The notes beneath the pieces are model-generated. The model was not told the DNA's origin and made no database searches. It saw only the letters and a program-made list of their open reading frames with translations. Below, in pieces: positions 30,198 to 39,590 of a stretch of DNA of 64,000 nucleotides. Within the stretch, counting starts at the first letter, position 1, and every line of letters starts with the position of its first letter. The DNA comes from a virus (lineage: Duplodnaviria > Caudoviricetes): the IMG/VR virus record IMGVR_UViG_3300049844_000087, positions 1 through 64,000 of that record; one strand, written 5' to 3'. Both the position numbers and the translations under genes were made by a program.

Positions 30198-30991
30198 GCT
30201 TCATTTGGATCATAATACTCATTCGGCTGAAGCTTTGTAGGAGTATTTTGAGTCGCATCCTTTCGGTCTAATAGATAGTCTCTGCGAAGAACCCAAGTCT
30301 CTGGCAACTTTACAAAAGTCCTTCCATTCACAGTCTTTATTGCGGACTGTGGAATCTTTGATGCGGCCAAATCACGCAAGTCATTGTATTGCGAAAAACG
30401 GTCTCTGTGTACGGCTTTAGTGACACGATATACCGGATGATATAAATAATAAACAGAGTAAATCTCTCTGTCGTTGGGACGATGTGCTCCAGTCCAAACA
30501 ATTGAACCATTCGTATCTAGCGTAAAGTCTGTTCCATAGTGGAATCGAACTTTGGCCCCACTACGAATAACAAAGGCCGCAGTAACCTCACAGGCAGGAT
30601 ACTTTAGTTTGTCGATGTTCGTGGTGATCTGATCTTGTTTCTGAATCAGCTCATAAAACTCTTCTTTAAAGTCTAGAATTTCAACTTTTGCAAATGTTTG
30701 CAAACTTGAACCTACTTTAAACGTGGCCAAAACTTCGTCGATACTAAACGTACCGTGAACTTTAAACTGCTCTACCAAATCCTGCTGTTGAAACATCGCA
30801 GTAGTCTCGTAACAATCAAAGTCGATCATGTTATTGCTGCACACTGCGCAGTTAGGGTCATGATCCATAGACTCAATAGAAGTCATGTTAGGGCAAGTCG
30901 TGGATTTCCACACTCTCACCCTAACTCCTAAATCTTCGACCAACTGATCGAGATTGACTACATTGATGCCACGAGTTAACTGTTTTGCCAT
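30194..30991 (-). CDS. Putative head-closure (stopper) protein
   Basis: 265 aa; LGVRVRVWKSTTCP...CAVC pattern seen in SPO1-like neck proteins. Confidence 0.55.
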   Translation of the reverse strand: MAKQLTRGINVVNLDQLVEDLGVRVRVWKSTTCPNMTSIESMDHDPNCAVCSNNMIDFDCYETTAMFQQQDLVEQFKVHGTFSIDEVLATFKVGSSLQTFAKVEILDFKEEFYELIQKQDQITTNIDKLKYPACEVTAAFVIRSGAKVRFHYGTDFTLDTNGSIVWTGAHRPNDREIYSVYYLYHPVYRVTKAVHRDRFSQYNDLRDLAASKIPQSAIKTVNGRTFVKLPETWVLRRDYLLDRKDATQNTPTKLQPNEYYDPNEA

Positions 30992-31557
30992 TATTTTTTC
31001 TGAGTAAGCTCAGCCTTCAATTGATCTTCGGTGTACGCTTGGTTTTTAGTTTTTCCAGCAGTTTGCACATAGTCTTGTGGACTCTTTCGTGCGTTATCAA
31101 GAACAGAACCAGAAGGGCTGTTTTTGATTACGGAACCAACTCGGAAATCTTGAAACAAATTGCCAGAGAACTTTACTTCTTTTGTGGCGGTAGGATCTGC
31201 AATCTCTTGCGTTCCTGCTGCAATGGCTACTTGCTCTGCGGGAGTTTGAGGTTCTTCGCTCTTTTCTAGTTGTACTGCTTTAAGCATTACGTCTACTGAG
31301 ATAAGCTCTTGCTCTTCTTGTGTCAATTCTTTGTCACTAAAACTTTTAGCAAGGCGATCTGCAACTTGCTTTTTCAGTTCTTGTGACTTCTGCATTGGCA
31401 TGTCTTTCATGATCAGAGCCAGTTGCTTTTTTCGCTTCTGTGCTTCTTCCATGCAAAGTTTCATGTGCTCTTTATCTTGCTTAGCTTGCGCTGCACGCAT
31501 CATAGCATATAAAGAACTGTCAACATCATACTGCCCTAGTTTCGGTTGATTATCCAT
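30991..31557 (-). CDS. Putative internal head protein
   Basis: 188 aa, charged, several hydrophobic-x-K-S/A motifs. Confidence 0.4.
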   Translation of the reverse strand: MDNQPKLGQYDVDSSLYAMMRAAQAKQDKEHMKLCMEEAQKRKKQLALIMKDMPMQKSQELKKQVADRLAKSFSDKELTQEEQELISVDVMLKAVQLEKSEEPQTPAEQVAIAAGTQEIADPTATKEVKFSGNLFQDFRVGSVIKNSPSGSVLDNARKSPQDYVQTAGKTKNQAYTEDQLKAELTQKK

Positions 31558-32119
31558 TTTTCTTACTCCTAAAGTTTGTTACAAACTGTTGGTATTTATT
31601 TTCTGATTCAATAAAAGCCTCAAGAGACTTTTTAACTTTACCTGCATATTTTCGTTTGCCGCCGCTAGTTTGGATATATTGACCACCCTTGGGTCCTACC
31701 ATAACTTGCTTCTTTGCTCGCTTAGGTTGAGACGCACTTTCTTGTTTTTTGTGCTTCTGTTCCTTAACCTCTCCCTTGGCCCTCTTGTGCGGCTTTGTCA
31801 CGCCTGTAATAGAAACTTGTCCCAAAAGCTTCTTCTTCTTTCGCTTTAGTTTGCGAATTACACTCTTAATCTTGTCACGCTTGATTGAACTCTCAGCAGC
31901 GGGGTCTAAAGCTTTAGTTAAAGACTTTTCAACCTCTTTAAGCTTGTCGTAATACTTTGGATCTTCAGTTAAATGATCCATAGCAATTTCCTGAGCTACT
32001 TTTTTATCGTCAGTGTGTTCCATTTCAATCTTTACTCCCTGAGCCAAAGCTTTCTTATCGAAATCTTCAGGCGACTTTTTGTCAGCTTTTCCGCCAGGAA
32101 TCTTGTCTTTGTGCTTCAT
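31550..32119 (-). CDS. DUF5661-like putative internal head protein
   Basis: GVKIEMEHTDDKKVAQEIAMDHLTEDPKYY motif; GPKGG motif. Confidence 0.6.
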   Translation of the reverse strand: MKHKDKIPGGKADKKSPEDFDKKALAQGVKIEMEHTDDKKVAQEIAMDHLTEDPKYYDKLKEVEKSLTKALDPAAESSIKRDKIKSVIRKLKRKKKKLLGQVSITGVTKPHKRAKGEVKEQKHKKQESASQPKRAKKQVMVGPKGGQYIQTSGGKRKYAGKVKKSLEAFIESENKYQQFVTNFRSKKNG

Positions 32120-32886
32120 TAGAAGTTCTCCTTCTTTCTGCGCTCTACCGATGCCTTGATGTCGGTTTTAAACTGCTCAAAAGCTTTTTTATATTCGTCT
32201 TGCATCGCAAAAACTTTTTTACGAGTCAGTTGTCCTTCAGGTAACTTCTGACGATCATCTTGATGAGCCATGTCTAGCATATTCATAGCCTTCTGTTTTA
32301 ATAGCATAAGGTCTTTCATTTGACGTTGCAACTTCATCTTATCACCAGGATGCACGTTGTTCTTAGCGGTCTCAAAGAATGAGTCGCCTTGTGCTTGTGC
32401 TTCTGGACTTAACTCTTGAGCATCGTGTGTATTATGTTCACTGTGCGCTTCGCCTGTTGCAATATTTACCCACATAGTCTTGCCTGTGCGCTTACTGACT
32501 ACTTTTTTACGGCCATTTCTCACGGTGCCCACTGGATCTGTGGGTTTTGCTGTCGAGGCTTTGCCGCCAGCACTTGCCGAAGGTTTTGCATTCTGCCCAA
32601 TCTCGCCAACTAGGGTTTTAGGCTTGGCTCCATAATGTTCTGCTTTTTCCACAGATTCACCAGATGTTTTACTTAACATCTTGGTAATTGCGTCACGAGC
32701 ATAAGCGATCTTATTAGAACGATTATCTTCGAGTATGACGATCTTTGAGTCAGGCTTTGTTAACACTTTATAGTCATTATTGAAAAGCGTAATAAAAGAA
32801 CCTTGTTCTGGAATTTTTCCTTCCACAACCGACTTCTTAAAAGCAGCAGCTTTTCTAGAAATGATAAAGTCCTTAAACTTCGACAT
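32119..32886 (-). CDS. Putative internal head protein
   Basis: 255 aa, basic; PVGTVRNGRKKV motif. Confidence 0.4.
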   Translation of the reverse strand: MSKFKDFIISRKAAAFKKSVVEGKIPEQGSFITLFNNDYKVLTKPDSKIVILEDNRSNKIAYARDAITKMLSKTSGESVEKAEHYGAKPKTLVGEIGQNAKPSASAGGKASTAKPTDPVGTVRNGRKKVVSKRTGKTMWVNIATGEAHSEHNTHDAQELSPEAQAQGDSFFETAKNNVHPGDKMKLQRQMKDLMLLKQKAMNMLDMAHQDDRQKLPEGQLTRKKVFAMQDEYKKAFEQFKTDIKASVERRKKENF

Positions 32887-33551
32887 TACTTCCTCGATAT
32901 TTGGCGAATAGCAAATAATGTCTGACTAAAGCTTTCTCGGTGAGCTTCCCAATTAGCGATAATAGCTTGAGCAGCTTCTCTATCAGACTCGAAACGAGAA
33001 AATTGTTGAGAGCGTCTCCAAGAACGAATAGCCTTTCTTAAGATTTCCTCGTCTTCTGTTTTTCCTTTTTTAAAGTCGTCCACGAATCTACGAATAGATT
33101 TTCGTAACTGTATTTCAACATCACCAAATTTAATAGTAACTTGTGGAGAATTTGCTACTGAAGCTACAGGAGCAACTGGTGCTTGAGGTTCGTAATCCTC
33201 ACCTTCACCGTATAAATCAAAATCCGTAACTCTACCTTTAACTATCAAAGTCTTAGCAACTATCTCAAGAGTGTGTGCTTCAAACTTCTCTACAATTTGA
33301 CCTTCACCATCGGTGAAAAACCCACTATACAAATTTGAGTCTTTATTGGCTAAGGTTAACAATCCCTTTTGAAGTTGAATCTTGTGGACTGTGTCTCCCT
33401 TTTTAATCTGACTGCGAAGCTTTTCTATAAAAGCCGAAGGAGTTCCCTCTTCAGCCGCCTGTTGATCTTTAGCATCAATGGTGGTCAAAGTGTCAGGATA
33501 GTCGTAGGACTTCTTAAAATGCTGTGCAAATGACTTGGGGTCTCTCTTCAT
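32886..33551 (-). CDS. Putative internal head protein
   Basis: 221 aa, tightly coupled, K-S/K-A motifs. Confidence 0.4.
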   Translation of the reverse strand: MKRDPKSFAQHFKKSYDYPDTLTTIDAKDQQAAEEGTPSAFIEKLRSQIKKGDTVHKIQLQKGLLTLANKDSNLYSGFFTDGEGQIVEKFEAHTLEIVAKTLIVKGRVTDFDLYGEGEDYEPQAPVAPVASVANSPQVTIKFGDVEIQLRKSIRRFVDDFKKGKTEDEEILRKAIRSWRRSQQFSRFESDREAAQAIIANWEAHRESFSQTLFAIRQISRK

Positions 33552-33559
33552 AAAATTCC

Positions 33560-34339
33560 TTACGGCACTGTGAACGCAATTCCGTTATAGTATTTGTGCG
33601 CCACTTTCAAATACTCATCTAGCTTTTTCTGGTAAGAATCAATTCTGGCTCCAAAAGGTCCAGTAGCTCCAAGTTGTCTTCCTGTAGCTGCACCATCAAT
33701 ACTAGTGTTCTCGCCAGAGACAGGTCCAAAAACTGTATCTCGTAAAATATGAAACATAGAAATGGCGGCTTGTAGTCCGATCATTTCATTCAAAATTACA
33801 GGTATTTGATCATCACAAAAGCCAGCAGTGTAAGATACCTCAAACATGTGCGGCCAAGAGTCCTTAGTTCCAAACAACAAAGGAACGTAAGATCCACCAT
33901 TAGTAATAATCAATCCATTAAAAGTTCCCTCAATAGGAGCAAGCTGCAATTGCGCTGCTTCTTTTTCTATAACAAACCACTCTTTTGGAAAATCCACAAG
34001 AACTCGGTTATTTGGAAACTTAGCTTTTAATTCGGTAACTTCCATTACCGGACGTTTTTTTAATTGCAGAAAATTGAATTCCTGGTAGTCAACTTGACGC
34101 ATGTCGTGCTTGTCTACGATCTTAGTTGGGAAAATAATGATGTCAAGCTTGTGCTCAATATAAGAGACTGCGGCATTTATCTGATGCTGTAAGACTTCTG
34201 GAGGAATTTCTTTTCCATGACGATCAGTCATGTCCACGCCAAAGAAATAGCGTTGCTTTAACTGCTCTGGTGTGATAATAGCTTCCCCTCTGGTAAAACC
34301 AGCGGAAGAAACTGAATTTGGAGGAAATTGAAATCCCAT
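33560..34339 (-). CDS. Head-tail adaptor protein
   Basis: 259 aa; ITPEQLKQRYFFG, AAVSYIEHKLDI, VSYTAGF motifs of adaptor-type proteins. Confidence 0.65.
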   Translation of the reverse strand: MGFQFPPNSVSSAGFTRGEAIITPEQLKQRYFFGVDMTDRHGKEIPPEVLQHQINAAVSYIEHKLDIIIFPTKIVDKHDMRQVDYQEFNFLQLKKRPVMEVTELKAKFPNNRVLVDFPKEWFVIEKEAAQLQLAPIEGTFNGLIITNGGSYVPLLFGTKDSWPHMFEVSYTAGFCDDQIPVILNEMIGLQAAISMFHILRDTVFGPVSGENTSIDGAATGRQLGATGPFGARIDSYQKKLDEYLKVAHKYYNGIAFTVP

Positions 34340-34346
34340 TTATACC

Positions 34347-34607
34347 TCAAACATGAAAAAATGGATCTGCTTGCGTGTTGCAATAGATCATCTTATGAGG
34401 ATTCTCTTCTGCAATTTTCTCGATCACATACGTTGGATTGTGTTCCAACATTCTGTCAAAAAGCGCAGACTTAAGAGCCGTCTTAGTCTCGCTGTTTGCG
34501 TTTTTGTAGCGTTCTACCATTTTAGCAAAAAACACTTCGTCGTTCGGATTGTTCCTTGCGTATTCTAAGTCCTCTTCAAGTTGTTGAAGATTTGCATAAG
34601 CATTCAT
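34347..34607 (-). CDS. Hypothetical protein
   Basis: 86 aa, in operon. Confidence 0.55.
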   Translation of the reverse strand: MNAYANLQQLEEDLEYARNNPNDEVFFAKMVERYKNANSETKTALKSALFDRMLEHNPTYVIEKIAEENPHKMIYCNTQADPFFHV

Positions 34608-34610
34608 AAC

Positions 34611-35033
34611 TCACTTCTTTGTGCGAAAGTCCCAGCGAGCTTTCACGCCTTTCTGCTGCAAGCTCCTGCTGTCAACGTGTGTGAAGGTGTCATATCTACC
34701 CAAACCATTAAAAATTGGTTCAGCTAAATCAGCAACTTGATCAGGAGTTAAGCCAAGAACTTGAATGTCAGAAGCGTATCCCAAAACGTGCTGTGAGTTA
34801 GAAACTCCGCCAACAGCTTTGTTGTGCTCTGGACACCTATAGCCACAAGTTTGCTTGATTGGCTTTCCTAGTTTATCCCTTAGCGTTTGCATATTTTTTA
34901 CATGATCTAGGTCAATAATAGTTTGTTTGCAAGAGGGCAATTTACAATTGCAATCGAATTCCGTAGAAGAAAAATTCTTCGTTAACGGAACATTTACACC
35001 TTTTACAAAAATCTTAACATTGGCCATTAACAA
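34611..35033 (-). CDS. Peptidase M15 (YcbK-like) endolysin
   Basis: TCGYRCPEHN..VGG..NSQH.LG.ASDI and HVDSR zinc-binding motifs. Confidence 0.85.
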   Translation of the reverse strand: MLMANVKIFVKGVNVPLTKNFSSTEFDCNCKLPSCKQTIIDLDHVKNMQTLRDKLGKPIKQTCGYRCPEHNKAVGGVSNSQHVLGYASDIQVLGLTPDQVADLAEPIFNGLGRYDTFTHVDSRSLQQKGVKARWDFRTKK

Positions 35034-35407
35034 TTACTTCCATCTGTAATAACTTTAGACAATCCGTACTGAAGCACAGCCAATTGCACATTGGCTCCTT
35101 CTTGAACTTTTACTATTAGATTTTGTCCAATGACATCAACCGTTTCTACAGCAGATAGATCAAATTCAATAATTGATCTGTCATCTGCGAACGTAAAGGC
35201 ACAAGTCTTAGTTAAGAGTGTACCATCAGACTTTTTTAAGTCAATGGTAATCGTAGCTGCTACATCTGGAATGTATCTGATATTCTTGTCCGGCTGCATC
35301 AAGCGCATTGTAACTTTTGCAGTCTCGCCAGAAGCAAAGGTAAATTGTTTACCGACCAGGAAAGAATTTAATTGTGGGTTTTTTGATAGGATTTCAAGTG
35401 TTAACAT
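35027..35407 (-). CDS. Hypothetical Ig-like protein
   Basis: 126 aa, alternating beta pattern. Confidence 0.45.
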   Translation of the reverse strand: MLTLEILSKNPQLNSFLVGKQFTFASGETAKVTMRLMQPDKNIRYIPDVAATITIDLKKSDGTLLTKTCAFTFADDRSIIEFDLSAVETVDVIGQNLIVKVQEGANVQLAVLQYGLSKVITDGSNC

Positions 35408-35408
35408 C

Positions 35409-35804
35409 TTAACTTCCTGAGAGCAATTTGATTAGCTCGACAATTCCCGCCACAGAAGCGGCTACGGCTGCTAACCACATAATGCCCTTTTTAGTGGTTA
35501 GAATCCATTTCCACGGCGTTTCTAACACCGAGATACGATTGTCTAATTGTTTCGTAGTTACAGTAAAGTCCTGTCTTAGTGCAGCTTCACGAAGTTTGTT
35601 ATCTAGCTCTAAACGATCACTTCGTTTTGCATGTTCTGCTAATAGTTCGTTTTGTTGATTGTCTAGTTTACGAATTGCGTCAAATTCTTGCTCTGTGCGC
35701 AAAGCGTGTAGGTCCAGCTTCTTATCTAGTGTTGTCACTACCTCATGCGTTTTATCTAACTTGTCCAGCATTCTGGAGATAAGTTGCTCGTCCAATTTAC
35801 TCAT
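35409..35804 (-). CDS. Holin-like membrane protein
   Basis: Coiled-coil N-terminus with one C-terminal TM (IMWLAAVAASVAGIVELI), adjacent to M15 peptidase. Confidence 0.5.
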   Translation of the reverse strand: MSKLDEQLISRMLDKLDKTHEVVTTLDKKLDLHALRTEQEFDAIRKLDNQQNELLAEHAKRSDRLELDNKLREAALRQDFTVTTKQLDNRISVLETPWKWILTTKKGIMWLAAVAASVAGIVELIKLLSGS

Positions 35805-36325
35805 AACGACAATTCCTCTACCCTTACTTCTTGTGCTTTAATTTGAGCTAGGCTATCTTCAATTTGATCCGGTCTGACCAGATGGGCAGGACGAGTAAAA
35901 ACTGCACCTAACCCTATCAGAAGCTCTGCTAAAAGCTCTGAACAGATATAACCTCTGCTATTCTCTACCATTTTACACTGAAAGCCAAGCAAATCACAGG
36001 TATCTTTTACTAGTATTTTGATCAGTTCGGCATATCCGTAATTTATGCCAGATAAATCAATGCACTTCTGTATCAAACTCTTATATTGTTCGTCCGTAAG
36101 CCAAATCTCATACAGTTTTACTATTTTGTTCTCTTCTAAGAAAAGCCCCGAAGAGCGAAAGTGTACTGAACCGTGGGCTGCGTGATAGAGTAATACTCTA
36201 CTAAATTGGTCACTTTTCCAAGCTACAAAAACATGTGAATAGGGCTTTTTGATCCACGCTTTAATTGCCTGGGCTCCTATCTTAAATGTTTTGGGAGTTG
36301 AGAATCCAATGTAGATTTTGTGCAT
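35801..36325 (-). CDS. Permuted papain-like amidase (YiiX/C92 family)
   Basis: YSHVFV, YHA, GINYG and late CSELLA (His before Cys). Confidence 0.75.
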   Translation of the reverse strand: MHKIYIGFSTPKTFKIGAQAIKAWIKKPYSHVFVAWKSDQFSRVLLYHAAHGSVHFRSSGLFLEENKIVKLYEIWLTDEQYKSLIQKCIDLSGINYGYAELIKILVKDTCDLLGFQCKMVENSRGYICSELLAELLIGLGAVFTRPAHLVRPDQIEDSLAQIKAQEVRVEELSL

Positions 36326-36332
36326 AAGCTTC

Positions 36333-36899
36333 CTAAACGGACAGAGGTAGTCCTAAGAACGTCTCTATGCTGTTTTTCATGCTCAGCAATCGACTGTCAG
36401 TGATGAACGGAGATAAGCCGTCGTATTCTGTAGGATTGTCTCTGACATGCTGGATTATTGATCTGGACACATACAGGCTTCCAGTATCAAAAGAAGCTTT
36501 TAAAGATACTGGCTTAGAAATTCCAGCTATGGTGTACTGCTTTTCAAACAAACCCAAAACATCTCCGGTTTTCCCAGCTTGGGTGATTCCCATAGAAATG
36601 TTCTCGGCAGCGAAAGTTCTGATCAAATTTTGAATAAAAGGGAAAACCTGAATATCTAGATAAGCTGAAAGTTGCTGTGCTGAAGTGGCACCAGTGTGCG
36701 CCGTTACAATGCCCTCTAAAGAGGTCTGTTCTTCGGAGGTCAATTCAATGTTGAAGTTTACAACAAGACTAGTACCCAGGGCAGAGGCGTTTGCGTACTT
36801 GGCTTTAAGGGCAGTGTTTGCTTGAATCTCAAGATTAAGTTGCTCTAAATAGACGGATTTTGTAAAATTATAAGAAAACATCTTAAATCTCTGGTCCAA
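36333..36899 (-). CDS. Hypothetical virion-associated protein
   Basis: 188 aa, in structural operon. Confidence 0.5.
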   Translation of the reverse strand: MDQRFKMFSYNFTKSVYLEQLNLEIQANTALKAKYANASALGTSLVVNFNIELTSEEQTSLEGIVTAHTGATSAQQLSAYLDIQVFPFIQNLIRTFAAENISMGITQAGKTGDVLGLFEKQYTIAGISKPVSLKASFDTGSLYVSRSIIQHVRDNPTEYDGLSPFITDSRLLSMKNSIETFLGLPLSV

Positions 36900-37674
36900 G
36901 ACGTATAAGTGTTAAGGATCTGTCGTAGACGGTCAAAGTTCCACCATCTCTACGAACTCGCATGTCAATAGCTTGTGTGCCATTGACAGAGATAACTGTT
37001 TGAGTCGGACAAGGAAAATCTGTACTTGCTGCTCCAAAACGAGCCCCTCTACGAGAGTCAGAGATTATACTTCCGCCTTTATACAAAGTCCAAAAATTTG
37101 TTGCCGAACCGTTAGAGTTCTGCATCCTGGCATTGCTCCAAACAGCATAGCGTCCAGCAACAGGAGTTACAGTAAATCCAGTTATTAAAGTGTCCGTTGC
37201 AGATGTAGTAGAAAAAGTTACAGAAGATGTAACGTTATAACTCAGAATTCCAGTTGCAAATCCAGATACGACGTATCCTGTCCATACTCCGGCAGAAGTT
37301 CCATTGGACTGAAGAAAAATAGTGGCTATGGATTCTGCCAATACTTCAAATAACTGAGTTCCAGTAAAATCATTTATATGTACGGCTGCCGAACTTTCAT
37401 TTACTACGATATAAAGTTGACCATTAAAAAGCGTAGTTGCGTTGGGAAGGGTTAAATCATGATTGATAGCTGAACCTGTAAAAAACTGCAACGTGCTACT
37501 TGTGGTGTCAAGTGGCGTATTTCCGTTCAGAGTAGTGACTGTATATTGAGGGTCGTAAACAGTTTGCTTTCTGAGTTCTTCAGCAACTTCCTGCAAATTA
37601 GTGCTTCTAATGCTGGTACTGACTGGGTCAAAGGGAGTGCCTCTGGCATGTTGAATAAAAGCGTCTCTAGACAT
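36883..37674 (-). CDS. Fibre-like structural protein
   Basis: 263 aa, T/S-rich, LTLPNA repeat shared with the 704-aa protein. Confidence 0.5.
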   Translation of the reverse strand: MSRDAFIQHARGTPFDPVSTSIRSTNLQEVAEELRKQTVYDPQYTVTTLNGNTPLDTTSSTLQFFTGSAINHDLTLPNATTLFNGQLYIVVNESSAAVHINDFTGTQLFEVLAESIATIFLQSNGTSAGVWTGYVVSGFATGILSYNVTSSVTFSTTSATDTLITGFTVTPVAGRYAVWSNARMQNSNGSATNFWTLYKGGSIISDSRRGARFGAASTDFPCPTQTVISVNGTQAIDMRVRRDGGTLTVYDRSLTLIRLGPEI

Positions 37675-37982
37675 TATGCCCTCTCCGCTACAACTACGTC
37701 AATCGTACCAGCGGCAGCTAAAACAAAAATTTTCTGCTTAGGCCCCGCTTCGTATGTCTCTTTAGTATTTTTATAGTGATCAAAGCCGTTTGCTAAAACT
37801 GTAGCAGCAGATGGAGTTTCGCCATCATTAGCAAAATAAACCTTCATATTTCCAGAAGGTTGCATAGAAACTACTTGACGATCAGTCAAGGGAGATGCGC
37901 CAGCTTTTGCTTCGACCGGAGTCGAAGTTCCGACGCTAGTTAATTTAGATTGTACTGATGGTCCATCTAGGGGTTGAAGCAT
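37674..37982 (-). CDS. Putative head decoration protein (small beta domain)
   Basis: 102 aa; pattern shared with neighbouring ORFs. Confidence 0.45.
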   Translation of the reverse strand: MLQPLDGPSVQSKLTSVGTSTPVEAKAGASPLTDRQVVSMQPSGNMKVYFANDGETPSAATVLANGFDHYKNTKETYEAGPKQKIFVLAAAGTIDVVVAERA

Positions 37983-38218
37983 TATTCACCTTGTTTTGCT
38001 GCGTCTTTATTTTCCGTAATCTTTTTTACTTCTAAAATGTTTGCGTCGATCTTAGGTATCAGCACTTGCTGCATAAAAGACAGAAGTTTAAAATAAGCGA
38101 TTACTTCACTAGTATTCAATTTAAAGTCGGCATTAGCAGCAACCATGTTCAAAAATTGAACTACTTTCTGTTTGTCTTCTTCCGTAAAATTCAAAGGTCC
38201 CATTACACCTGCCTCCAA
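37982..38218 (-). CDS. Hypothetical protein
   Basis: 78 aa; GGAGG RBS suggests true start at the second Met (MGPLNF). Confidence 0.5.
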   Translation of the reverse strand: MEAGVMGPLNFTEEDKQKVVQFLNMVAANADFKLNTSEVIAYFKLLSFMQQVLIPKIDANILEVKKITENKDAAKQGE

Positions 38219-38253
38219 AATAAAAATAGGGGTACACTATCAGCATACCCCTA
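38217..38253 (-). terminator. Intrinsic terminator
   Basis: TAGGGGTATGC-TGATA-GTGTACCCCTA followed by TTTTTATTTT. Confidence 0.8.
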
Positions 38254-38283
38254 CTAGATGGATTTTACAAGTTGTATTAGAGA

Positions 38284-39093
38284 TTAGCTCAACTCAAGAG
38301 TTCTAATTTCTGGGGTTTTTCCTGATTGTCCTACGAAGAAAGGAGAGATTGCAGGACCCGCTCGAAGTTCCATAACGGAACCAGGAGACAACGGAAATCC
38401 GTTTGCTGCTGTCACTCCAGACTGTCCGATAAACACCTTCGTGTTATCGTTGTTGTAGATCATCAGATATTTTCTATTTGCGAGTGCAGAGGCTTTAACT
38501 GCCTCCGCCGTGTCTGCAACGTTTAGAGGATTTGCTGCTGCTAAAATTGCTGTATTTGCCAAAGCTGCATCATTAACTGAGATGGTATTCGCAATATATA
38601 CGTCTAGAGCTTGTTTGCCGCCTTCCAGAGTAGAAGTTAAAGCAGTTCCAGCTCCATCGTGCATCCAAGACTCAACGCTATCCTGTGCGGCGCTAAGATC
38701 ACGAATATCGAGGTCAGTAGCACTAACGGTGATGTTTTCCAATGCGGCCAAAGTAGCAGAATCAAGAGAAACCTCAGATCCACTAACATCGACTTTATCA
38801 GTTGCAAAAGCAAGGTCACGAATGTCTAAATTTGTCGCCTGGACAGTAACAGCGTTTGTAATGCTGTCAATAGTCCATGTGCCGCCTTGATGAGCGGTTA
38901 CAGAGTCGTCTGCGAAGTTTAAATCAACTTCTACGTTGATACCTTCAGCTACACGAACGTCAAGGGCCTTTTTACCACCGACATCGGTATGCGTTAGAAG
39001 AGTACCATCTGCGGAACGTAGATACGCACCAACGCTATCGCTATCTGCAATACTTTGTGCGTCTGTGGTATCAAAAATTAACTGGTCTTTCAT
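38284..39093 (-). CDS. Putative head fibre/decoration protein
   Basis: 269 aa; internal duplications LDIRDL x2 and GGK.ALDV x2; C-terminal beta domain. Confidence 0.55.
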   Translation of the reverse strand: MKDQLIFDTTDAQSIADSDSVGAYLRSADGTLLTHTDVGGKKALDVRVAEGINVEVDLNFADDSVTAHQGGTWTIDSITNAVTVQATNLDIRDLAFATDKVDVSGSEVSLDSATLAALENITVSATDLDIRDLSAAQDSVESWMHDGAGTALTSTLEGGKQALDVYIANTISVNDAALANTAILAAANPLNVADTAEAVKASALANRKYLMIYNNDNTKVFIGQSGVTAANGFPLSPGSVMELRAGPAISPFFVGQSGKTPEIRTLELS

Positions 39094-39109
39094 GGTTCAA
39101 ACTCCTGAG

Positions 39110-39580
39110 CTACGCTCGCCATGTTTCAATTTCTACTGTAGTTCCGCCGAGTTCGATCTTGTTTAACTGAAAGTAAATAGATGTGGGCACGTCAAAACTA
39201 AGTCCAGATATTTTTCGGCTTGACCCTGGTCTAACCTGTATAAAGTTTACACCGGATTGGCCTACCTGGAAGCTATATCTTAGCACGATAGCTTTATTAC
39301 TTTTTACTCGAATAGTAAAAATTTCAGTCTTAGCGGGAAGAACTACTGAAAATTCAGTGTTCGCCGCTGTGACCAACGTATTGAATACGCCTTGGGTATC
39401 AGGTCTTGTGGCACTTAGATTTATTATGGCATCTGTGGGAAGAGGGTTATCCTGATTTACAGGATTTCCATTCTCGTCTACGAGAAGGACTCTTTTCGCA
39501 TCTGCTTTTTCCTCGTGCTCATTTTGATTTATGGTCCGAGGATCTGTGATCTGGTTGCCACGAATCCTTTGATTAGGCAT
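39110..39580 (-). CDS. Putative head decoration protein
   Basis: 156 aa, C-terminal beta domain, GGAG RBS. Confidence 0.45.
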   Translation of the reverse strand: MPNQRIRGNQITDPRTINQNEHEEKADAKRVLLVDENGNPVNQDNPLPTDAIINLSATRPDTQGVFNTLVTAANTEFSVVLPAKTEIFTIRVKSNKAIVLRYSFQVGQSGVNFIQVRPGSSRKISGLSFDVPTSIYFQLNKIELGGTTVEIETWRA

Positions 39581-39590
39581 CGTGACTCCA

